Shown here piece by piece: positions 52,560 through 64,000 of a stretch of DNA of 64,000 nt (its first letter is position 1; every line of letters begins with the position of its first letter). Under the pieces are notes generated by a model. That model was not told the DNA's origin, made no database searches, and saw only the letters and a program-made list of their open reading frames with translations. The stretch lies in assembly GCF_001194135.2 (NCBI RefSeq), contig NC_068985.1, positions 20,982,835 through 21,046,834 of the forward strand. Direction: 5' to 3'. Origin of the DNA: Octopus bimaculoides (Eukaryota). A program made the position numbers and the translations under genes.

Positions 52560-53733
52560 GACTCCAATACATTGAAGTTAATCCTGGCTTTATATAGTCT
52601 CTGTTGAGTGAAACTCTTCCTTTGGTGCATGGGTTTGAGTGGAGTGGTAATTAGGTTTTAGTGGAGAGAGTTGTTATGGAGAGGTATTTAGGAGAAATTT
52701 TTATTGATTAAATTTGGGGTTATGTTATTGTTTAGAATTTATTCATGCATATAGAACTTTGTAAGCAATGTCAGTATTTAGGACATGTCAGTAGTTTTAG
52801 TTATTTTCGGTTTTATTGGATTTTCTTTGCTTTGATATTGTAAAGATCAAAGGTGCAAAGTTTAGTCTCGCATTTAAAAACTTAGTTTTTGGGTGTGTCA
52901 ACTTTTTGCTATGGATTTTTTTTTAAATTAAATTTTTTTTCCATTTTTATACATGAATATATACACACCTTTTATAATGCCCCGCTTTCACATATATCTA
53001 GAAGCCTAAAAGGATATATTATAAAATAAACACATTTGAAAAAGAATTGAAAAAATATTTATAAATGCATAGCTACAAACTCTACCTCCATAAAACACAA
53101 GGATTCACATTTTTACATACTAACCAAACTGCTTATAGAACCGTGAACACCTAGAGAGAAACACACAAACCAACAACACGCATCCTTTTGTGAAAATCAA
53201 GGCATAACATAAACTTCTACACTAATAACACCGTGACATGCCTGACTAATAACCCCCACCTTCCAAATAAAAACAGGAAATACCTTAAATAACAACAAGT
53301 AAAGAAACTGACCAGCTAAAACATACCAGCTATTTACATTTTTTTGTGAACCCCTGAAAGAAAATTCTATTACAAAATAATTGACATACCCAATTACTAA
53401 GTTTTTATACACTAGATTAAACTTTGTAGCTCTGACCATTGCAATGTCAAAGCAAGGGATTAAATCTAATAAAACCAAAAACTACTGGCACAATGATACA
53501 TATTTATCTAACAAAAGATACTTGCACCTGCTTACAAAGTTCTTCATACATGAATAAATTCTAAACAATAATATAATCCCAAATTTAATCAATAAAAATT
53601 TCTCCAAAATACCTCTCAATAACAATCCACCCTAAAACCTAATTACCACTCCACTCAAACCCATGTACCCAAGGAAGATTTTCACTCAACAGAGGCTACA
53701 TAAAGCCAAGATTAACTTCAATGTATTGCAGTC
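52560..53733. repeat. Long inverted repeat, ~205-bp arms (52560-52767 and 53529-53733), ~760-bp spacer; probably retroelement-derived
   Basis: Reverse-complement match by eye, roughly 85-90% identity. Confidence 0.85.
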
Positions 53734-54444
53734 CAAAGATAGCTTAACTGGCCAAAACTCCAAAATCATTGTCAATAGTATTCTTGTCTAAGAATAATAA
53801 ATATATATACATATGTATATTTATATGCACTCATACATAAATGTGTATGTACACACACACACATGCATAAATGTGTATACACATGCACACATATATGCAC
53901 AAGCATGTGTGTGTGTGTGTCTTTGTTCTTCATTTCTTGTAGATGTAATTTTACTTTTTTTTGCTATTTTGCTATGTTGTTCTTTAGTTTGTTGTAGACA
54001 TCACAGCCAAGGCTATACTAGAGCACTCTCACAGTAATAATCATCATAGTCATTGTAGAACTGCATAGGCAAGTTATATTATATCAAACTTTGATGCATG
54101 ACTTTTCGTGCTCAAGTTTATAAGAAAAACTATGTAATGATCAAACAGCAAATTTTCTTCCCTGTCACTTAACTCCATAAATCTGTTATGGCTTTAACTA
54201 TTGTTAGTTTTCAATATATATTTTGAAACTGAACTAGTTTTGTGAAAATGAATGCTAATATATAGTTTGTAATACCTAAGTTTGAACATCTCATTCCTGG
54301 AAACTTTGCTGTTTGTAAAAATTTGCAGTTATAAGGTACAACTTATTGAATTTTTCTACTATATGAATCCATCATTCACAACTAATAAGTCTTCATTACT
54401 AAAATGCATTCCTGTTTCCCTTTCTTCTTTTTTTGATAACTTAT

Positions 54445-54446
<2 letters not shown>

Positions 54447-54489
<43 letters not shown>
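54447..54489. repeat. (GT)n microsatellite (others at 49416-49452, 22777-22801); (CT)n at ~55153-55183
   Basis: Read directly; coordinates approximate. Confidence 0.95.
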
Positions 54490-54494
<5 letters not shown>

Positions 54495-55149
54495 TTTGTA
54501 GTGGATTCATAGAATCATGTAGCTATCTTTATCTGCATTGATTTGTGAATATACAACTGTATTATTTAATGCATAGCATGCATATTACTGCAGCCATGTG
54601 AACATCATTTATTATACACTGAAATTATTATTACATGAAGAAGGCTGCAAAATGGCTGTAATCCTAAGGATGACAAGTGGTTAAATGTATTCACCTCACA
54701 TACTTCCTAACTTTTTATGGTTTACAATGAATGATAAAAATAATAACAAGGGATCAAGTTGTTTTTATTTAATAATTGTTATAACTGTTTCAAAAATTAC
54801 ATTCTAATTTAACTTAATTTGGGAGAAACTTTATTATTTAAGGTCACAGAGACAGTAATGATCATTTTAAGAATATTTTCTATTTCTCTAATCCAACTGA
54901 ATTTAAAATTTAGCCTTAACATTACTCAACATTGTAGTTACTGCTATTGATATTGTTAAGCATATGTAACTGAAATAGCATATTAACCACTCAAGCACAA
55001 TCCATAGATTTTGCGTCTTATATACGTTAACCTAAGATTCACTTACATCAGTTTGGCTCAAATCTCATCATATGATTGATATTTCCTGCCATTTTCCTTC
55101 TGACATGCATTGAGGTGATTACATTATGATTTAGGACTTACAGCATGCA

Positions 55150-55186
<37 letters not shown>

Positions 55187-55992
55187 ACACATATATATAT
55201 GAAAATCATTTTATTTTTCCCTCAGAACCTTAAGCCTCAATTCACCACCCATCCTTCTCTAACAGCTTCTTTGATACATACACACACACACATACACACA
55301 CACACACCTTAACCCCTTCTTCTACACTCTCCTGTTCACATGAATGCATATGCACACACGCATACACACACACAGTCAATCATTGACTACACTCAAGAAA
55401 GCAACATCCTCATATACTTGAACACACACACTCTCACATTACAATATGACAGACACATTTGTGTGTTCATAAAACAGACATACACATGCAAAACACAATG
55501 CTCAAACCAAAAATTACTTTTTCACAGCTTTTACTAACTCATATACACACATGCCCTGCTTTTATATTCATCATCCAACTTTCATTCAGCCAACGTCCAG
55601 CAGATAAAGAACACTCATTCATAATACTATGTGACAGAGAGAGACACATCTTACTGCATCCACACATACATATACATGCAGTAACACACAACACACCAAG
55701 AACTAAGCACGCACAAAATACTATTCTTCTACATCCTACACAAACTAGCACAAACATGGAGAAATACCTCTCCTTGTATTTGCTCTCCATTTAGCCCACC
55801 ATCCAACTTCCAATCAGTCAATGGATAAATCTATATGGCATTTTCACCAAGTATTCACTTTTCTTGTTTCTCTTCTTCCTATCTGAAAAGGGCAATATCT
55901 AAACACTATAACAATTAACTCTTCCCATTTCTCTGAGCACCAAACTAATAATTATATATGCATTTTTGTATGTCTTTTATATTTCAACAAAG

Positions 55993-56036
55993 AAATGGTT
56001 GACAGTGATGTCAGTGTTTTGGCTCAGTTGTCTTAA
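55993..56036 (+). CDS. Possible last coding exon, phase 1, (E/K)MVDSDVSVLAQLS*
   Basis: Pyrimidine tract TTTTTGTATGTCTTTTATATTTCAACAAAG followed by a short GC-richer open frame. Confidence 0.3.
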
Positions 56037-56362
56037 ACACACTGTAACATTTTTCTGGTTTTTCCAAGTTTCCTATACATTTTTATAAGTTCACTTTATA
56101 AGTAGGGCATTATGATTGTATAGTAAGTGTGGTTTAATAGAATATTTTAGTGACATAAAAGGAAATATCTTTATTCCTCAAGTATTATTTAATGTAAATT
56201 AGAGGAGATATTACTATTTATGTGCATACATACCAAGAGCTGAAATGACATATACATGTGCAACTATAATTTCTGTTACAACCTTGTAACTCAGTACCAC
56301 TACATCATGATATATATATAGAGAGAAACATACACATAAGCTTATATATGTGTGTGTGTGTG

Positions 56363-56430
<68 letters not shown>

Positions 56431-59400
56431 GAGGTAGTTTTGGTGAAGCATTATGAGGTATAATTTTAAAGCAGGTTGTTGTGTAAGGCCGGAACAATGC
56501 AAAAAGTTACCCAGAATTTTATTCTCCATCAGAGCAACCCAACAAAACGGGTGCAATTTCAGAATTATGGAAGCCCTACTTATAAACACTAGTCTGCACA
56601 TGTCACCTTCTTCCTTCCTTCCCTACCTCCCACACACATCTGAGCAACTACCTTCTCCAACTACTTGTTTTTTCCAAATGTCCTGAAGAAGTAGTCTTCA
56701 CCTTGAAATATGGAAATACGCAGTAAAACTGCAACTTTGTTCTGTTTTCTTTTCTTTTTGTAGTTTACCATGTACCTTTTCACATTGTCACGGCCTTACA
56801 CAACAACCTTCTTCAAAACATAGATAAATACACACACACACACACACTTATAATATATATGTCTATATAAATCTATACATACAATCACATACAAACTATG
56901 TATGCATATACATATAAACATCTATAAGTTTAGTGGTACAAACAAGAAAAATAGGATATATAAAACCACATATATATTATATAGTCATATACAAATATGT
57001 ATATGAATAATATATGTGTTAGTATATATTCATATATAAATATGTATGTGAATATATAATATATACGTACCTTCACAAACCATTCTTCATCATTAGTTTC
57101 CTTAGTGACACCAAATTACTGAATGTGATACCCTATCAAACGCTTTCTCCAAGTCAATGAATAACAGGAAATATAGTTTACTCTTAGCCAAGTGTTTCTC
57201 CTACAGTAGCATCACTCAGAAGCTACTGTAGGAAGCTAATGTTATCATTTAACATCCATCTTCCATGCTAACATAGGTTGGATGGTTTGATAGGATCCAA
57301 CAAGCTCGATGACTGCATTGATCTCAAAAGTCTATTTAGGCATGGATTCTCTTCTTAATATCATTTATCTATATATATTAATGTTTACTTTTTATGTCAA
57401 GTTATATTTAAAAAAAAGAAATTTAACATTAAACTGAAGGACTACTTAATACTTGTTAGTGGAGTACATATTTATTAAATTTTTACAAAGAAAAGGTTGA
57501 TAGTGACTTCAAAATTTCAGCTTGCTCACCTTCATCTAACTATAGAATATACATATATTGCATGCCTACTGAACTTTTTTTCATACATGATTAATTCAGT
57601 TGTAAATATTATTGAACAGGTGATATCAAATGGAGAGTGCCATTTTATTATCTTCAATGGTTACTTCGTAATATTTTTTTCCCCCTTGTTTTAACTCTCC
57701 TGCTTTCTTGAAATTTGTTTTGCCTTATTAACAACACATTTCTTTCATGCTAATAACATACAAATGTTTTACATCACATATTTTCTTCAATATTTAGTCA
57801 ACATTTATACACATAACTATATTCCAAATGATCTTGCCAAAACAAAAATTCATTACAAAATTAAGTACCAGCTTAAAATTTGGTTATTTAAGAGAAAATG
57901 AACAACTGGGCATAAGACCATGGTATATGAAGATATATGTATTTATCTATCTTACTTTTGCTCTTCTAATAAAACTAGTGCTCTTTCTAATTAACCACTC
58001 TGTCTTTTGTTCCTTTTATCAAAATACTAATTTGATCTGTTCTTTGCTTCTAATTTGCATTCTCTTTATTTTGTCTTGAGAAATGGATAATATTTATTGT
58101 TTGTTTAATATGAATATTTAACATTCACTGGTGTGAAAAAATATTACATATATATATATATATATATGTATGTATATNNNNNNNNNNTATATATGTATGT
58201 ATGTATGTATGTATGTGTGTATGTGTCAGATGAAATCTTTTGTGAAGGAAAACAGAAATCATCTTGTTTTGAGTCCAGCTTGTCTATATATGAAATCAAA
58301 GACACCTGGTTCCAAACACACTCTTCCTCTTCAACTACTGTTTGAAACAATGTCAAAGGATTGTCATCCATCAAGGAACACACACCAGTCAGATATTAGG
58401 TTGAAATCCTCTTGCGTTCCCTCTGTAATTATATATATATATTACTTGCAATGATGTCATCTTTTTTTTCATATAATTTATCAACATTATATTTAGGAAT
58501 TTACTATTAATCTGTGTATACCTTTTGCTTTCATGCAATTATATGCATTTTTCTATCTACATACAATCCAATGGAGCAACACAATGTTACTATGATTGCT
58601 CAACCTGCTAGAACAATTGACCAAATCTCCCTCAAATTTTCACCCTGCTCTGTGGAACAACTTGGAAAATATAGTCCTAATTATCAAGCCTTTTTTTTTT
58701 TATTTGTTTGTCTGAAAAAGATTGGTACTGCTATTGTCACATAATCTAAAAACAAAAACTGGATGAGATCTGCCTCCTTAATGTTTAGCTTCTGGTTTAA
58801 AGACTTTTGTGGTTAGAGAGAAAACATTGTTCTTGAAAGCAGGATTGGAGAAGAAAGAGTGAGTAAAGGTGTTTTTATGCAGTGTTGAGAGTTGAGACAT
58901 GTTAATAAATTTGGAAATGAAAAGACAGATTTGTTGAGTAAGTCAACAATTTCAGTGAAGTAGATGCAATAGCGAGTGGATGACACTGTTGTGTAATCAG
59001 AGTGATGGTGGGTGAAACCTTGCCCTTTTTTTTTTTTTAATCTAATCTGAATAGTAACTTGTATATAAATTCCTTTATTGAAAGGCAGCTTTTTCCATGA
59101 CAACAAACTCAATCAAAAGAGAGCTTTTAAATATGGAAGAACTTTTGTCGTTGTGGATAGCTGTTGATTTCTCCTGTGTCAGAGAGCAACATTGAAGGCT
59201 TCTGGGACAGAAACAATTGAACTTATTAGTCATTGGGCTTATCACAAGATCCTATAAATTATTTGATTTTTTTTTTAATGGTCAACGGTGTTTCTCTCAT
59301 TCATGTAGTTTAATATCTACTTTTATAATACATGAATTTTCTCTGGAAAAAATATCATACTTCTTTCTCTCTCTCTGTCGATGGCATAAATTCTTATTTC

Positions 59401-60265
59401 AGCTAAAATCAATTTTTTTTTTTATCAATGAATACATGACCTATAATAAGCACACCAATTATATGGTCAAAATATGATTTTCCACTGCTTGATCATCAAT
59501 TTCTCTGTTAATTTCTCTTTTCAGTATTCTTCAATCCACTAAAAAAACATTTGATAAATTCTTAAACGTTTGATAAATTCTGATTTATAGCTAGAGTTTC
59601 ATTCACAATAACTATTGTCTCCACAGGTATTCTGTTTGTATTGGTTACTCGTCTATTTTAAAAACTGGTCTATAAAAACAAAAACACCTTTCTTCCTTCT
59701 TATTTCAGCTATCACATTGAAATGATTTCAATATTTCTCAACGAAAAAAATATTTAGGTAACCTATGATATGAAAATATTCAATAATTTGCTCATATTTG
59801 TTGAAAAGCAGAGATGGTTTTTGATATCAAATTTAATAGGATATAAAAATATTACCCAAAGAACTGATAGTTTGTATGGACAGTGACTATAGCTAAGATA
59901 CTTAAGTCTCAAATGATCCAGTTAACCTTACTATAGTAGGTATCATAGTGTAACTTCTGCTATAAACAGTGAAAGCTTTGTATAATTAATAAGTGTAATT
60001 CATAGTGCTTAGTTTGATATTTCCTAAAGTCCTCAAATTTATCTCAACTTTTTCACTTAATTTGACTCCTGCTATTGGCTATGGACTGCATATGAGGGTT
60101 GATATATCACAGTTCATTTCTGATAAAAAAAAAAATTTTTTAAAAGTTGTTTTCAGTTCTCTGAAATGCAGACAAGAAAAAAGAAATCTATCAATAAGTG
60201 TCAAACCATCTCTAACTTCAAACACAAGTTAAAACTACTTTTTGCCCCCTTAATTTTTCCATTAA

Positions 60266-60465
60266 CCCTTTAGCATTCAAAACGGCCATGTCTGGCCAAA
60301 ATATTTTACCTGTTTTATGTTCAAAATGGTCAAATCTGGCCTCTCACACCAACCCTACATTATTATTCTAAAAATTAACTGTTACCTCATACAAACTCTC
60401 AAAGTTACAAAACAATGTGAATAAATGAGCATTGCTTTTGACAAAATAATGTGAACACTAAGGAG
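60266..60465. mobile_element. piggyBac-like MITE
   Basis: TTAA at 60262-60265 and 60466-60469; left terminus CCCTTTAGCATTCA, degenerate right terminus TGAACACTAAGGAG. Confidence 0.65.
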
Positions 60466-63009
60466 TTAACTTCTGAAACAACTGATCTTTTCAACACTCA
60501 AAGCTTCCCTGTTTTTCCTGATATATATCACTAATGAGCAGTTCACAACAATCTCTGAGTAGATGAAAGTGCACTTTATTTTTTCTTCGGTTATTACTGT
60601 CTACATAAAATAAAACAAAATGAACACAGATGTAATTGGTATATTTAATAGATTGCTCTGTATAATCTTTCAGGAAACATCTGAAAGATTAATGCCAATC
60701 TAATTGATAAATAGATTATCAATTACCAATATTAACTGAAAAACATCTCCATTTCATCAAACATACCAATGGGCATGAAAAATTAATGTTTTAAAAATAA
60801 AACAAATTTGGAAGATAAGATTGTAAACATGGTACACAAGTTATATTAACTAAAGTTTTATATTCTTCATTAGAGTTAGGGGTTAACGACTATTAAGAAA
60901 GAATAGTGTTGTTAGTTTTAAGAAAATTCACATGTGCACCAACATTTAACATAAAAAGACAAGAAGATCTTCTAGTTCAATTAGCTTCAATACAGCTGAA
61001 TATGAAATGATGTTGATATTTTTTAAATATAAAATTATTACTGCTTTCCTAAAATATGCACTGAAAAGCTGATATGGAGATGGTTATTTTCTTGCAATAA
61101 AAACTAACTTTGGTAAAGATTACAGAACTTCCAAGAGATTTCCAGTGTAACTACTTGCTCCACATGACTAAAGACAAACAATTGTAAACCCTATTCTCTC
61201 AAAGATTACTCTGTAAATTGCTTTCATCTATACAAAACACTACTCAGTAAAATATGAATAAAAGTGTAAAGAGAAGAGTAAATAGTCCTGAAACTGTTTT
61301 TGTTTGTGTGTTTTCTATTTGTTGTTATAAAAGGGTTTTGGAAAATGTTTTAAACTCCTCAAGATGGAATATTTGCCACTTATTGCTCCAATAGCCTCAT
61401 TTGATCAAACTTTTTACACTGACTGTATTACATATGCAACACCCTACCATTTTAGAAAACGATTTTAGAGAGATACTAATCAATATAAGGAAGTTTTAGA
61501 AATTTCCAAATAAGAATATACTTTATTATTCTAGTAGGATCTACACATGTAGATCTAACTATGAAATGAAATCAAAAACATAATCTTTTGAGCATATAAC
61601 ATTTATATTATTTGTAAGACAATTGACTGATAAACTATAGAACAAAAGCAAAGATATAATTATTGTGGACACAATATTCATTTTATTTGTATCAGCTACT
61701 GTACTTGATTCACTAAATGTGTGGGTTCATGTAATATGAAAATGTGAATACAGTACAGCATATTAAATTTTGTTGAAGGATTACCAACATAGTTGTATTG
61801 TAGCAGAATGAGATCATAATAGTATATGACTTCAATTTCATTAAGATTATTTAAAGTATTTGCTGTATACATTATTCTTTTAATACATTTTCAATGGTTT
61901 TGATAACATGATCACAATTGAAAGTGAACTATAAACAACTGTGTGTAGCTCTTTGTATAGCATGTTCGCTTCTTGACATAAAGCTGAAAATATAGATAAC
62001 AACTCGAGGTAGAAAGAGTGGCAAGTGTATATTAAAGAATATAGTTTTCAAAGATATTCTTTTCTAAGACTTCACTTCCAGTACTACCTAAGAGGACTTT
62101 ACACCATCTCAGAAAACAAATACAGTTTCAAAAGAATTTATATATTCAGTTGTTCTCTATAAAATTCTTCTAGTTTTTAAAATAATTGTAGAATTTCCAT
62201 GAGTACTGCTAGTTCATAATAATCTACCTGTGAATATTGACATATTGTATATGACTGATGTTTAAACATTATATATTTGTAAGTAATGTGCATATGCATT
62301 GTATTACCTTGTTGTATGTGATTAGTTTCCTGAAATTTGATATTCTCAGTATTAAACTCTATTTAATGCTAGCTGTGAGATGTATTATATGTAATACAAA
62401 ATATAGCCATGCAGATCTATCAGTTTAAGTTGATATAATAGGATCTGAAACAACAATAGAAGAAAAGAAGAAGCCACAATGTAAGAAAAATGACAAGAAA
62501 TGATCTCAAATGGAGGAAGGTTTCCATTTCAGGAAACTTGCTTTCTTTTGGCTACAATGAAAATGATTAATGGCAAAGTAAGGAACATAATTCGACAAAT
62601 TAAAACTGTTGTAATTGCTACAAAGTGCTATATTTCTGTTCTTGCCACAGGTTACATGCATCTAACATCATCATTATCATAGCATCTAATAGAATCACAT
62701 TACCTGAACAATGTCTGTTGACAAAAACTCAAACTTACTAAAGTGATGATTGCCAGAGTGAGAGAATGATTTCCAATAATTGAGTTGACTGTGATTTAGA
62801 ACAGAATTGAAACCATTACTCTTGATATATTAGAAGCGAGAAGAACAATGTAAATCTAAGCTAAATTGAATCAGCTATAATGGTCAGAAATATTAACTAA
62901 AGGTTGTCTATAGGGAATATATGAAACTTAGTTAATAAATCTGACTCTCATAAATGTGGCAGAACAAATCTATTGGTGAAGATGATAGCTAGAACTATAC
63001 ACAATGGGG

Positions 63010-63010
<1 letters not shown>

Positions 63011-63052
<42 letters not shown>
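63011..63052. repeat. (AAT)n microsatellite
   Basis: Read directly. Confidence 0.95.
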
Positions 63053-63055
<3 letters not shown>

Positions 63056-63494
63056 CTATTTCTAATTCTGGTTTAAGGCCACAAATTGAAGGAGCAAATG
63101 TAATCGATTGTAATCAAACCCAGAACTTGATCACAGAAGGGTAAAAAGCAAAGTTAACTTCACCAGGATTTGAAACTGAAGGGACATAACTAAACACCAT
63201 AAATCATTTAGCCCGGTACTCAACTACTTAGCGGTACCACTGCTTTTGTGACCTTTATCATCATAACAACAAAAAAAAGTCACTTCTTATAATTATATCT
63301 ATTAAAATAACTGGACAAAAGGAGAATTGCTTTGAAATTACTTTTCTAATTTTCATCATCTAAAGATACTTTCGGCTGACGAATAAGTGATGGATCAAAG
63401 TAGATATTCAGTCTTTGTTGGAAACCAAAATATGAATCTTTAGAAGAACCAGTAATTGCTGTACTTCTTTTGTAAATGTAACTCTTTACTCTCT

Positions 63495-63886
63495 CTTTTA
63501 CTCGTTTCAGTCATTTGACTGTGGCCATGCTGGAGCACTGCCTTTAGTCGAGCAAATCGATCCCAGGACTTATTCTTTGGATGCCTAGTACTTATTCTAT
63601 CGGTCTCTTTTGCCGAACCACTAAGTTATGGGGACATAAACACACCAGCATCGGTTGTCAAGTGATGTTGGGGGGACAAACACAGACACACAAACATATA
63701 CATACACATACATATATATACATATATACAACAGGCTTCTTTCAGTTTCCATCTACCAAATCCACTCACAAGACTTTGGTCGGCCCGAGGCTATAGTAGA
63801 AGACATTTGCCCAAGGTGCCACACAGTGGGAATGAACTCGGAACCATGTGGTTGGTAAGCAAGCTACTTACCACACAGCCACTCCT
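63495..63886 (-). mobile_element. SINE, family A, full length with tRNA-like head
   Basis: Minus strand starts AGGAGTGGCTGTGTGGTAAG (A box) and GAGTTCATTCCC (B-box-like); homologous to 528-885. Confidence 0.88.
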
Positions 63887-64000
63887 AAATGTTAGAATTT
63901 CTAAAAAGATTACTACAGATAATTAGTCTTGTCATGAGTTTTGTGGAAAAAAAAAACAACAAAAAAAAAAAGAATCTGTTTGTGGTATGGTAATAGTCTT

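Noticed and set aside
58813-59112. 99-aa minus-strand ORF
   Set aside because: Non-ATG start, crosses a homopolymer run, and has no recognisable domain.
612-63858. Many 60-140 aa ORFs rich in YI, HT, CV or X runs
   Set aside because: They are translations of (AT)n, (CA)n, (GT)n microsatellites, SINEs or N gaps.
1-64000. CRISPR arrays, rRNA, operon-like prokaryotic systems
   Set aside because: No regularly spaced repeat-spacer arrays or rRNA motifs seen; the sequence is eukaryotic and intron-like.

Overview
AT-rich animal genomic DNA with dense (AT)n/(GT)n/(CA)n microsatellites, tRNA-headed SINEs and seven N gaps. From SINE types and composition I infer a cephalopod, probably Octopus. Nearly all listed ORFs are microsatellite or repeat artefacts. 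I see no CRISPR array, rRNA or true tRNA gene. The window looks mostly intronic. A set of short plus-strand exon candidates gives a tentative model: a phase 1-1 internal microexon (5295-5333), several phase-1 candidate last exons (9309, 34741, 35688), then a possible new first exon (METVGM, 36266-36283) splicing in frame to 42022-42084. I cannot name the gene(s). Well-supported mobile elements are a DD37D (maT-type) Tc1/mariner copy with TIRs, an RTE-type LINE with an inverted 5' half, several SINE families (one with a 10-bp TSD), a hAT MITE with an 8-bp TSD and a piggyBac-like MITE. The most interesting signal is a set of minimal type-I hammerhead-ribozyme-like motifs of the kind carried by Penelope-like elements. 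One pair sits in the arms of a ~99% identical 169-bp inverted repeat. A three-copy family appears to carry a non-canonical core, CUGUNGA (A6U), in two of its copies.
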